Source of the DNA: Spirochaetia bacterium
GTDB taxonomy: Bacteria; Spirochaetota; Spirochaetia; UBA9216
Reading direction: 5' to 3'
DNA length: 64,000 nt
Assembly (NCBI GenBank): GCA_963677925.2
Contig: CAXXYH010000004.1
Location: 1,344,001 to 1,408,000, forward strand
Part shown: positions 39,212 to 48,266 of the stretch, in pieces
Numbering within the stretch: the stretch's first letter is position 1
Layout: every line of letters starts with the position of its first letter
The notes under the pieces: model-generated
Told to the model about the DNA's origin: nothing
The model's database searches: none
What the model saw: the letters and a program-made list of their open reading frames with translations, nothing else
Translations under genes and position numbers: made by a program

Positions 39212-40432
39212 ATGAAAAAGGTAATAGTTGTCGGTGTAGGTGCACAGGGAAGTACTATTGCAAGAAGACTTGATGAAGAGAAAAATGTAGCTGAGGTAAT
39301 CTGTGCTGATTATGACCAGAAAGCCGCCGAAAGTATTGCCGCCCAGCTGACAAAGGCAAAGGCTGTGCAGCTTAATGCAAAGAATACTGATGAAATTATA
39401 AAAGCAGCAGCGGGCTGTGATTTAATTGTAAACGGACTCGATCCTAACTTTAATATGAATGTGATGGATGCTGCACTGGCTGTCGGTGCATGCTATCAGG
39501 ATCTCGCTTCAGGTCCGGTAAGCGACCTGGATTTCGTTTCAGCTGTAAAGCGCTGTCTCAACAGAAATGATGAGTTTGCTGCAAAGGGGCTTACAGCTCT
39601 CATTAATACCGGTTCAGCACCAGGAATGGCCAATGTGCTTACAAGGCACGGAGTTGAAAAACTCGACAGCTGTGACAAAATTGATATCTTTGTTTACGAT
39701 GAAATATGGTCAAAGAAGTTTATTCCGTTCTGGTGGTCACCCCAGACTGCCTTCGGCGATATGGCTGCAGAACCGATTCTTTATAAAAACGGTGAGTTTG
39801 TAAAAGTTCCTCCATTCAATAATCCGCAGATGACCGAGTTCAAGGGCGTAGGCGAGAAGAGAATGGTCGACCACGAGCATGAAGAGCCTGTTACAATGGG
39901 ACTTCTTTCGGGCAAGGTACTTAAGGGCGTTAAGGAAGTAAACTTCCGTTACGGCGGTCCCGGACTTGAGCTTGCAGAATCACTCTATAAAATGGGGCTG
40001 CTCTCAGATGAAAAAATTGAAGTTAAGGGTACAGAAATCGTACCTATGGACATAGTTTCAAAGCTCACTCCTCCGGCTCCCAAGTATGCCGATGAAATCA
40101 AGGCTGTTCTTGATGAAGGTATGGTTTCAGAAGACGGAGTTTTTCTTGTAAGGGTTGAGGGTGTTAAAGACGGAAGAAAGGTCAGAATCGATCTCTACTG
40201 TCTTGCTCCGGGCCTTACAGAAGCTTTTGAAAAAGCAGGAATTACACATGAATCCTACCTTACAGGTCAGGCCGCCTTCCTTTTTACTAAGATGTTTGTA
40301 AACGATGTAATCACAACAAAGGGATGTTTTCCGCCTGAGGTTCTCGAATCAAAAGAAAGGGAATATTACCTTTCCGAAGCTGCCAAACTTGACATTCTCG
40401 TAGATGAGATTGTTGAGACAAGGCTTTATTAA
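39212..40432 (+). CDS. Saccharopine dehydrogenase-family NAD(P)-dependent oxidoreductase
   Basis: VVGVGAQG Rossmann motif; YQDLA, GSAPGMANV, HEHEE and GCFPPE. Confidence 0.87.
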   Translation: MKKVIVVGVGAQGSTIARRLDEEKNVAEVICADYDQKAAESIAAQLTKAKAVQLNAKNTDEIIKAAAGCDLIVNGLDPNFNMNVMDAALAVGACYQDLASGPVSDLDFVSAVKRCLNRNDEFAAKGLTALINTGSAPGMANVLTRHGVEKLDSCDKIDIFVYDEIWSKKFIPFWWSPQTAFGDMAAEPILYKNGEFVKVPPFNNPQMTEFKGVGEKRMVDHEHEEPVTMGLLSGKVLKGVKEVNFRYGGPGLELAESLYKMGLLSDEKIEVKGTEIVPMDIVSKLTPPAPKYADEIKAVLDEGMVSEDGVFLVRVEGVKDGRKVRIDLYCLAPGLTEAFEKAGITHESYLTGQAAFLFTKMFVNDVITTKGCFPPEVLESKEREYYLSEAAKLDILVDEIVETRLY

Positions 40433-40476
40433 GTCTTCTTAAGGAAGTAGTTTTCTACCCCCTTAAAAAATACCCG

Positions 40477-40511
40477 GGGCTGCCTTACTTGTAGGGCAGC
40501 CCAGTTTTTTT
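40477..40511 (+). terminator. Rho-independent terminator
   Basis: gggctgccttac/gtagggcagccc stem followed by a T7 tract. Confidence 0.8.
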
Positions 40512-40628
40512 GATATTTGAACTTCTTGCAAAACTATCTTATTTTCGCTTTTTACCCGCTCCGGATTATTTAATTGTAAAATTCAACAAGCTGTCATAAA
40601 ATTGAGAATATTCTAAAAGGAGAACATT

Positions 40629-41162
40629 ATGAAAACAAGAACGCTATTTCTGTTTCTGATACTTCTGACCGGACTGCTTCTTCCAGCGATGGTATTTGCC
40701 CAGGCTGAAGATATTACAGGATTATGGAAGACTATTGATGATGAAACCGGCAACCCTAAGGGAGTTGTTGCCATCTATAAGTATAATGGAATGATTTACG
40801 GCCGTGTGCTCTGTTCCTTCGACGATTTCGGAGTAATAGAGGATGATCTTTACCGGCAGGAAAAGAAATCTCCTTTTCTCAAAGGTGAGCCGGCATTTAA
40901 CGGTCTTACTATTATTTGGGAAATGAAAGACAAAAAGAAAAAATGGGGCGGCGGAAAGATTATGGATCCGGGTGATGAAGAAAAGAAACCGGGAATCTAT
41001 GACTGTGAACTCTGGAAGGAAGACGGCAACCTTATCGTCCGTGGAAAGATTCTGTTTATAGGACGTAACCAGACATGGCTGCCATTCAGTGAATCGGAAT
41101 TTCCTGCAGGATTCAAGGTTCCTGACTGGAGAAACTTCAGGCCTGAAATCCCCGAACTCTGA
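40629..41162 (+). CDS. DUF2147-family exported protein
   Basis: Signal peptide; ITGLWKTIDDETG, GGKIMDP, LIVRG and GRNQTW. Confidence 0.85.
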   Translation: MKTRTLFLFLILLTGLLLPAMVFAQAEDITGLWKTIDDETGNPKGVVAIYKYNGMIYGRVLCSFDDFGVIEDDLYRQEKKSPFLKGEPAFNGLTIIWEMKDKKKKWGGGKIMDPGDEEKKPGIYDCELWKEDGNLIVRGKILFIGRNQTWLPFSESEFPAGFKVPDWRNFRPEIPEL

Positions 41163-41166
41163 TAAT

Positions 41167-41207
41167 AAAAAATCCGCTGAGAACTGCAGTTTTCAGCGGA
41201 TTTTTTT
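41167..41207. terminator. Bidirectional terminator
   Basis: A6-tccgctgagaact-gc-agttttcagcgga-T7 between convergent genes. Confidence 0.85.
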
Positions 41208-41224
41208 ATAACCGGGGTTATTGT

Positions 41225-42400
41225 TTAATGCTGTCCGCGGCTTTGGCCTCCGCCCCCAAGGAGGTTTTTAGGATCAAGGCCGGCTTCGCTGTATATATCT
41301 TCAACAAAGATTCTGACATCTTCCGGATTAATACCAAGCTCTTCGAAGGTTCCGGATAAATCTTCTTCTCCAATATTCCATTCAGAAATAATGTAATCAG
41401 GGCTTATCCGGTATATCTGGATGATATCAATAAAGTTATTATTGTCTTTAACCTGTGCTGGTCCAAGCAGCAGTCTTTCTGTTTTATGAGGAAGCCCTGT
41501 CGGAGCCTTCCATACATAATCTCCGGTAGCAGTTGTAATACCAATAACCAGCACAAAAACGGCAGCTGTAAGAATTATCAGCAGAGACGGTTTAAGTATT
41601 CTTTTTTTCCCGCCATTAGACGGGGCTTCAACTGAGAGTGAGTCTACGGGACATATATCTACACATTCCATACAGGAAATACATTCTGCTGATGTAATTA
41701 CAGTTTTATCTGCGATTGGAATATTCATCTGGCAAATATGATCGCAGCATCCGCATGAAATGCACGTCTCTCTGTCATTACGAATTTTAAATATTCCGAT
41801 CTTTGAGACGGGGGCCAGAAATGCGCCCATTGGGCACATATATTTACAGAAGAACCTGTCGTCAAAAAATGAAACAATTACCGAGAGAGCAAGTATAATA
41901 ATACCGAAAAGATATTCAGCAAAGAGTTCATCAGAGCCTATATGATGGTAAGCGGCCCATGGATCCCAGGGTCTGAAAATCAAATTCATCGTGTACCATG
42001 TTCCTGCTATTACAACAGCAAGAATAACATATTTGAGGTACCTAAGCTTACGGTCGATGACGGATGGAATTGGTTTTCTTTTTATAAAGAACTTTCTTCC
42101 TATCTTTGCAGATATTTCCTGAAGAAATCCGAGCGGGCAAATATTACCGCAGAAACTTCGTTTGAAAAATAAAGCAGTAATTAGAACAGCTCCTAAAAGA
42201 ATGAAACTGCTTAAGGCAATTTTTCTGATCAGGGCATCGTATTTAATAAGTCCGTAAACTGCTTCAAGTCCGCCGAACGGGCAGAAAGCATCAACAGGAG
42301 GAAATAGCTTCAGAATAGCATGAAGCCGTCCCTGAATTGTTGTAAGCAGCAGTACGGCTGCAAGTATTGAAATGCGGATTACTTTGGTGGATTTCTTCAT
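41225..42400 (-). CDS. Membrane 4Fe-4S binding protein (NapH/MauN/YccM-like)
   Basis: CPFGG, FCGNICPLG, FCKYMCPMG and two CxxCxxCxxxC motifs; multiple TM helices. Confidence 0.87.
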   Translation of the reverse strand: MKKSTKVIRISILAAVLLLTTIQGRLHAILKLFPPVDAFCPFGGLEAVYGLIKYDALIRKIALSSFILLGAVLITALFFKRSFCGNICPLGFLQEISAKIGRKFFIKRKPIPSVIDRKLRYLKYVILAVVIAGTWYTMNLIFRPWDPWAAYHHIGSDELFAEYLFGIIILALSVIVSFFDDRFFCKYMCPMGAFLAPVSKIGIFKIRNDRETCISCGCCDHICQMNIPIADKTVITSAECISCMECVDICPVDSLSVEAPSNGGKKRILKPSLLIILTAAVFVLVIGITTATGDYVWKAPTGLPHKTERLLLGPAQVKDNNNFIDIIQIYRISPDYIISEWNIGEEDLSGTFEELGINPEDVRIFVEDIYSEAGLDPKNLLGGGGQSRGQH

Positions 42401-42452
42401 CTCAGGATGCTAATATATAACAATGTATATGTCAATAAAAATTGTAAGGTAT

Positions 42453-42485
42453 AAAAAAAGCTGACCGGTAGTTTTCCGGTCAGCT
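42453..42485 (-). terminator. Terminator downstream of the small orphan gene
   Basis: agctgaccgg/ccggtcagct stem preceded by an A-tract on the plus strand. Confidence 0.8.
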
Positions 42486-42568
42486 CCAGTTCAAGTCTTA
42501 ATTAAATTTTACCTCTATTCATTTCATTATTCCCCCTCACTTTTTAACGAGTCCACGTCGTGGACGAA

Positions 42569-42814
42569 TCAGGCTTCAATCAGTCTTTCACCCAGCGAAA
42601 TAAGTTTTCTGCCAAGCGAAATTCTGATGCTCTCTGCGGCGGTCTTTAACACTGTTGGTTCCGCCATCCGGCTGACTGCTATTGCAGGGGAATCTGCGTT
42701 TGCAGCCATTGAGGCCAATTTAGCCCTCTTAGCCAGTCTGATTGATTCTGCTTCACGAAGCCGGTCCTTGTGAAGCCCTGCAGCCGTTCTGTAGTCATAA
42801 CCGTCTGCACACAT
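42569..42814 (-). CDS. Small basic helical hypothetical protein (81 aa)
   Basis: AAGGAG RBS before ATG 42814; own downstream terminator; HKDRLREAESIRLAKRA..LGRKLISLGERL. Confidence 0.7.
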   Translation of the reverse strand: MCADGYDYRTAAGLHKDRLREAESIRLAKRAKLASMAANADSPAIAVSRMAEPTVLKTAAESIRISLGRKLISLGERLIEA

Positions 42815-42834
42815 TTTATCTCTCCTTTTTGACA

Positions 42835-43050
42835 TCATCCGGAGATAAGTTCCGGATGAAAAAAAAGCCGCAAACTGGTAAAGTCTACGGCTTCCGGCTG
42901 TAATACAGCAAAAAAAAAGCCGTGATTCAGAGAATCACGGCAACCAACTGCTATATAAATCAAGGTTACGACAGATTCTCCGATGAAACAAAATTAAAAT
43001 AAGAAAGCGCTGTGACGCATTTTACTACTCTAATCATCAAATCTGTCTCC
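42835..43050 (-). promoter_or_regulatory. Leader-peptide transcription attenuator with two tandem terminators and a third hairpin
   Basis: uORF 43040-42966; terminator 42919-42941 plus U9; antiterminator pairing GAGAATC/GATTCTC; terminator 42866-42892 plus U-tract; hairpin 42835-42859; TTGACA at 43097-43092. Confidence 0.72.
42966..43040 (-). CDS. Leader peptide (M)MIRVVKCVTALSYFNFVSSENLS
   Basis: AAGGAG RBS; TTG 43040 or ATG 43037; TAA 42968-42966; its 3' end forms the antiterminator arm. Confidence 0.65.
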   Translation of the reverse strand: MMIRVVKCVTALSYFNFVSSENLS

Positions 43051-43260
43051 TTGTGTTAAGATGTTTATATTTAAACAGTATTCAGAATATTTGTCAACCT
43101 AAAACTTTAAAATTAATTAAAACATCAAAAAAATAACTGATAATATATGTAAACATAAGATATATATGTAAATATTTATATTTATATAATTTTAAGGAAA
43201 TATCATGCTTTGATGCTGTAATTAGGGTTTATGCCTGTTAGAATATGATCAGGAGCTTAT

Positions 43261-44307
43261 ATGGAAAAAATCAGGATCGGACAGTCTGAACTAAAAGCCG
43301 CTGCGGTAGCTTTGGGAACCTGGGCTATAGGGGGAGGACCCCAGTGGGGCGATAACGATGATAATGAATCTATCCGGGCTATTCAGGCCGCAGTGGATTG
43401 CGGTGTAGAACTGATTGATACTGCTCCTGCCTATGGTTTTGGTCACAGTGAAGAGATAGTCGGTAAGGCTCTTGCCGGGCGCAGAGATAAGGTTGTTCTT
43501 TCAACAAAATGCGGACTCTGGTGGAAGGATGGGAGGGGCAGTATGCTGTCTGCCGTAGTTGACGGAAAGAAGATAATGCGCTGCCTGCAGCCTGAAACCA
43601 TCCGTGAAGAAGTTGAAATGTCACTGCGGCGTTTGAATACTGATTATATAGATATCCTGCATACTCATTGGCAGGAAGCGGGGGCTGCAAGTCCCTCAGC
43701 ACCTGCAGAAGGCGAGTCGCAGATAAAATATGATCCGCCTACACCGGTAGCTGTTACTATGGAAACTCTTATGAATCTGAAGGAGGAGGGCAAGATACGG
43801 GCTGTTGGTGTTTCAAACTGCAGTGTTGAGATAATGCGTGAATATATTGATGCAGGTGTTCTTGATGCTAATCAGCCCAGATTCAGTATGCTCGACAGAA
43901 GCATAGAAAATGAAATACTGCCTTTCTGCCTGGAGAATAAAATATCGGTGCTTTCATACTCTCCGCTTGAACAGGGGATACTGACCGGGAAATTTAAAAT
44001 GGACACAGAATTAAAGGAAGGCACTTATCGCAATAGAATCTCCTGGTATCATCCAGAAAACAGGGAAAAGGTACTGCAGATGCTTGAAAGCTGGTCCGCC
44101 CTGACGGATAAATATAATTGTACAATTGCTCAGCTTGTAATTGCATGGACAGCTGCAAAGGAAGGTATAAGCTTTGTTTTATGCGGAGCACGAAAACCGG
44201 CACAGGCTGAGGAAAATGCCTCAGCATTGAACATTAAGCTGTCGAAGGACGATTTTGATTTTATCGATTCTGCATCAAGAGCTCTTAATGCAGAGACAAT
44301 GATATAA
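43261..44307 (+). CDS. Aldo/keto reductase
   Basis: LGTWAIGG, IDTAPAYG, SLRRLNTDYID, GKIRAVGVSN and YSPLEQGILTGK. Confidence 0.95.
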   Translation: MEKIRIGQSELKAAAVALGTWAIGGGPQWGDNDDNESIRAIQAAVDCGVELIDTAPAYGFGHSEEIVGKALAGRRDKVVLSTKCGLWWKDGRGSMLSAVVDGKKIMRCLQPETIREEVEMSLRRLNTDYIDILHTHWQEAGAASPSAPAEGESQIKYDPPTPVAVTMETLMNLKEEGKIRAVGVSNCSVEIMREYIDAGVLDANQPRFSMLDRSIENEILPFCLENKISVLSYSPLEQGILTGKFKMDTELKEGTYRNRISWYHPENREKVLQMLESWSALTDKYNCTIAQLVIAWTAAKEGISFVLCGARKPAQAEENASALNIKLSKDDFDFIDSASRALNAETMI

Positions 44308-44332
44308 AATAGATCCCCAAATGATTCCGGGA

Positions 44333-44548
44333 TCAGCTTTTCTGCTGTCCCGGAGGGTTATTTTTCATATATTCATGTTCTTCTGAAACTTCTTTAAGCA
44401 GGTCATTCACTACCCAGGTCCGGTTGGTTTCTGTTCCCATGGCAAAAGCTACCTCTGCGGGATCATCAAGAACCGCCTTTACTGCCCGCATTATTTTAAG
44501 GGTCTCCTCATTGCTGTATCCGTTTATCAGAATGACCTTTTTATCCAT
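44333..44548 (-). CDS. DUF3783-family small protein
   Basis: FAMGTETNRTW..LLKEVSEEHEYM; GGAG RBS before ATG 44548. Confidence 0.8.
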   Translation of the reverse strand: MDKKVILINGYSNEETLKIMRAVKAVLDDPAEVAFAMGTETNRTWVVNDLLKEVSEEHEYMKNNPPGQQKS

Positions 44549-44635
44549 AATTACAATCTCCAAAATATAATGATTCTCAATCTTATTCACTGAAAGAAGT
44601 TGAATCAACCCCGGGAATAAACTAAAATTCCCTTT

Positions 44636-46129
44636 ATGAGTTTACTTTCCGAGTCGGATAGAAAGATAAAGATTCTGCCCCTGATCATACTATGCTTTGC
44701 AATAATAATTTTATATATAATACAGGGCAGAAACTATCTGCTTTTTCATGCCCTGACAGAAATATTCAGTATTGTTATAGCTTTCTCAATATTTATTCTG
44801 GTTTGGAACAGCAGTAAATATCTTTCGACACGGTACATGATAATTCTGGGTATTTCATATCTTTTTATAGCTCTTCTCGACCTTCTTCATACACTTGGCT
44901 ACAGGGGTATGAATATTTTTACCGATTATGACTATTACGCAAATCAGCTGTGGATTGCCGCGCGGATGATGGAAGCCCTGACTCTTTCTGTTTCACTGAG
45001 TTTTGTGGGACGCGTGATTAAAATCAAACCCTCTATGGTCTTTTCTATTTATACGGTGCTGACTGCAATAGTCATTTATACAATCTTTTTTTCCAGTATT
45101 TTTCCAGTTTGCTTCATTGAAGGTCATGGTCAGACCTCATTTAAAATATGCAGTGAGTATGTGATAATTGTTATCCTGCTTTATTCACTTTTTACCGCAT
45201 TCAGGAATCGCAGAAGATTTATTGCGGGTATATACAGGATGCTCAATCTTTCAATTATATTCACTGTGGTTTCAGAATTAGCCTTCACTTTCTATGTCAG
45301 TAATTACGGCTTTTCGAATATGGTAGGACATTTTGCGAAAATAATTTCATTTTATTTTCTGTACAGAGCTGTAATACAGAAAAGTATTTCTGAACCTTAT
45401 CAGACTATTTTTAATGAATTGAATACCCGTAAGGATGAACTTGAACGTGTGGATGAGCTGAAGTCGGGATTGTTTTCAGTAATTTCACATGATCTGTCAG
45501 GAATGTTCGGAGGTATTACCGGTGTAGTTCAGGGGCTTGATGAAGATTATGATCAAATTTCCGAGTCTGAACGGAAGGAATACGTCGGTGAATTGAGAAT
45601 TGCTGTTGATACCGGAGCTATCCTTGTGTCTAATCTGCTTGAATGGTCCAGGCTGGAAATGGGCGGGGCTGAAATTAAAAAGGAAAACTGCAGTTTAAAA
45701 CAAATGCTTGATGAGGCGGGAGAACTACTTGCTCCGTATTTATATGCGAAGAATCTTGATTTAAAAATTTCAGTAGAGCCGGATGTTGAACTGTTAATAG
45801 AACGTGAGTCATTTATGATAATAGCCAGGAATATTCTTTCCAATGCTGTCAAGTTCTCCTATCAGGGAGGAAGTATTGAAGTAGACGCACGGCAGCATGA
45901 AGATTCCGTTTTTATAACCTTTCGTGATCACGGTACCGGTATGGATTTTGATCCGCTTAAGTCAAACAGGATTGTTCATAAATCTATACGTGGTACAGGT
46001 AATGAAAAGGGCGCAGGCCTCGGGCTTACATTAATTAAAAGGTATACTGAAAAACTGGGCGGTACACTTTCAATTAAAACGGCCCCCGGAGAGGGGACCG
46101 GTATAAGTCTGGAGCTTCCTGTTAATTAA
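44636..46129 (+). CDS. Orphan sensor histidine kinase with MASE3 membrane domain
   Basis: NYLLFHALTE, DLLHTLGY and NQLWIAAR (MASE3); SHDL, NAVKFS, DHGTG and GAGLGL. Confidence 0.9.
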   Translation: MSLLSESDRKIKILPLIILCFAIIILYIIQGRNYLLFHALTEIFSIVIAFSIFILVWNSSKYLSTRYMIILGISYLFIALLDLLHTLGYRGMNIFTDYDYYANQLWIAARMMEALTLSVSLSFVGRVIKIKPSMVFSIYTVLTAIVIYTIFFSSIFPVCFIEGHGQTSFKICSEYVIIVILLYSLFTAFRNRRRFIAGIYRMLNLSIIFTVVSELAFTFYVSNYGFSNMVGHFAKIISFYFLYRAVIQKSISEPYQTIFNELNTRKDELERVDELKSGLFSVISHDLSGMFGGITGVVQGLDEDYDQISESERKEYVGELRIAVDTGAILVSNLLEWSRLEMGGAEIKKENCSLKQMLDEAGELLAPYLYAKNLDLKISVEPDVELLIERESFMIIARNILSNAVKFSYQGGSIEVDARQHEDSVFITFRDHGTGMDFDPLKSNRIVHKSIRGTGNEKGAGLGLTLIKRYTEKLGGTLSIKTAPGEGTGISLELPVN

Positions 46130-47244
46130 ACTGCAACCTTTGTACAGTTTATCAAAGCCCTTATATTTTCAATCCTGGTGTTTATGGGTACTTCGCATCC
46201 GGACCCCAGGATCATCCCTCCTTCCATTGCTAATTCGATAAGCATGCTGCAGTAATCTTCTGTTTCCTTTTCTGTTCCGAAGGCAAGAATAGAAGCAGGT
46301 AAATCTCCGCGGATGCACTGATAACCGTTAAGAACTTTTTTTGCTTCCCGGATGTCTGTATCACCGTCCAGCTCAATAATACAGCTTCCCATGGGGACCT
46401 GCTGAAAGTAGGGCAGCATGGGAAGCCAGTTCCCATCTGCGTGAATGATAGTTGTGACACCCTTGCTGTAAAACGCTTCTATCATCTGTTTGATATAAGG
46501 GAAGGCGAATTCTTCAAACATCTGCGGAGAGACGAAGGTTGCAGAAGATCTCATTGCATATACTGCGATCCTGTCGCCTTTTTTTGCACCCCTAAGTGCT
46601 GTTTTTATTATTTCAGGGGTTGCAGCTGCACAGGCTTTCTTTACAAGTTCCGGTTCATCATAAAGATCATAGAAAAATTTCTCCATACTGCGACTCATCG
46701 AAAAAGTGTCGAATGCAGGTGCCGTGCCGTTATGAAACATTACCGGAACCCCCTGCTTTTCCCAGAAAATTCTGTTTGCCTTGAGATTTTTACCAATTTT
46801 AATAAATCTTGAAATAACCTTCATGTTTTTCATCATTCCGGTGAAGGGCGGGTTCTGGATGGATGCAACAAATGGAAGCTGCCATGCTGACATTCCTTTT
46901 TCAATTATTTTTTTATAATCATCCATGCACATAAGCTCTTCTTCAAGGAACTGAAACAGTTCATCATCTTCTAGTTCTTTTCCAGGAATTCGAACTTTCA
47001 GTTGTTCTATAAAAGAAGTATCCAGAGGGTTCATGGGGAATACTGCATCAGGTATTGAACCTATTTCCTCATAGCATTTAACCAGGGCATCCATCCATGA
47101 ACTGTTATCTTTAAAAATCTCTGCCTGAGTTTTTCCGGCGGGTACTGCTGCATAAGTAATGATCATCGGGTAGACTGGAATATCGGAAATGTTTTTTAAT
47201 GGTTTTAAATTTATTGCATTTTCTATTTTTTCGAATTTATTCAT
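46126..47244 (-). CDS. Uroporphyrinogen decarboxylase/MtaA-CmuA superfamily protein
   Basis: APAFD..SRSMEKF..DLYDEPE, VSPQMFEEF, IHADG, CIRGDLP and GMILGSGCEVP. Confidence 0.85.
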   Translation of the reverse strand: MNKFEKIENAINLKPLKNISDIPVYPMIITYAAVPAGKTQAEIFKDNSSWMDALVKCYEEIGSIPDAVFPMNPLDTSFIEQLKVRIPGKELEDDELFQFLEEELMCMDDYKKIIEKGMSAWQLPFVASIQNPPFTGMMKNMKVISRFIKIGKNLKANRIFWEKQGVPVMFHNGTAPAFDTFSMSRSMEKFFYDLYDEPELVKKACAAATPEIIKTALRGAKKGDRIAVYAMRSSATFVSPQMFEEFAFPYIKQMIEAFYSKGVTTIIHADGNWLPMLPYFQQVPMGSCIIELDGDTDIREAKKVLNGYQCIRGDLPASILAFGTEKETEDYCSMLIELAMEGGMILGSGCEVPINTRIENIRALINCTKVAV

Positions 47245-47387
47245 CCTTCTTCTCCTGATTATTTATCAATAAATTGTATTCCCGGATGAATGATTTGTGA
47301 ATTTACATTAAGTTACTGATTGTTAACCTTAAGTTAACACAAAGAAATTCTCGCAGATAAAAAATATCATGATATACTCGATTGAGT

Positions 47388-48251
47388 ATGGAATTCAGGC
47401 GTGTCGAATATTTTCTGATACTTGCAGAAACACTCAATTTTCATGAGGCAGCAGATATCCTGTGTATTTCCCCTCCGGCTTTGTCAAGACAGATTTCCCT
47501 GCTTGAAGAGGAGGTCGGCGGCAGACTTTTTGATCGTACTACAAAGTCTGTCAGGCTTACATCCGAAGGGGAAGCAGCATATGAAAAGTTTAATGCGGTT
47601 AAGCTTCTTTGGGATAATGCCATTACCGAAATTAGAAGCGGATTCTGTATTAATTCAGATGTTATAAGAGTCGGTTTTTTTACACTGCTTCCGACTTCCA
47701 GTTTTGTTAACCCTGTCATCAATGCCTTTAGATGTTACAATCAGAATTTTGATTTCAATATCACTTCAGGGGAGATGTCCAAGCTGCACTCTATGCTTCT
47801 TAACAGGGAAATAGATTTATGTATCACGGCAACAAATGATTTTGAAAACTGGTCAGGCTGTAAGGTTGTTAAGTACAGGACCTATCCGGCAAAAATTATG
47901 GTGTCATCAAAACATCGCTGGAGCAGTGAGAGCAGGGTTTCTAAGTTTGATATTGCAGAGGACTCAATAGCTCTGCTTGATGATCATAAATATCTTTATC
48001 CTGAAAGTCTGTACAGACGAATTAGAACAAAAAATAAACTACAGGTTTCTGATTTTAATGCACTGATTGCTTCTCTTCAAATGGGGAAATATTTTTCTAT
48101 TTCTCCTGAATATTTTAACGGGATACTTGATACAAAATTAAAATTTATTGAACTTCCAGACAGTATGAAATTTGACTGCTACTGGGCCTGTGTATGCCTG
48201 AAGACAAACACCGCCCTGATGGAAATGCTGGATGCTGTTAAATCATTGTGA
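47388..48251 (+). CDS. LysR-family transcriptional regulator
   Basis: LNFHEAADILCISPPALSRQISLLEEEVGGRLFDRT HTH; divergent from the URO-D-like gene. Confidence 0.92.
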   Translation: MEFRRVEYFLILAETLNFHEAADILCISPPALSRQISLLEEEVGGRLFDRTTKSVRLTSEGEAAYEKFNAVKLLWDNAITEIRSGFCINSDVIRVGFFTLLPTSSFVNPVINAFRCYNQNFDFNITSGEMSKLHSMLLNREIDLCITATNDFENWSGCKVVKYRTYPAKIMVSSKHRWSSESRVSKFDIAEDSIALLDDHKYLYPESLYRRIRTKNKLQVSDFNALIASLQMGKYFSISPEYFNGILDTKLKFIELPDSMKFDCYWACVCLKTNTALMEMLDAVKSL

Positions 48252-48266
48252 TATATATAAGTAAAA

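Noticed and set aside
42835-43050. T-box, tRNA or toxin-antitoxin RNA
   Set aside because: No T-box consensus or cloverleaf; uORF plus antiterminator fits better
43100-43250. Very AT-rich stretch as a replication origin or repeat array
   Set aside because: No DnaA boxes or regular repeats seen; consistent with a divergent promoter region
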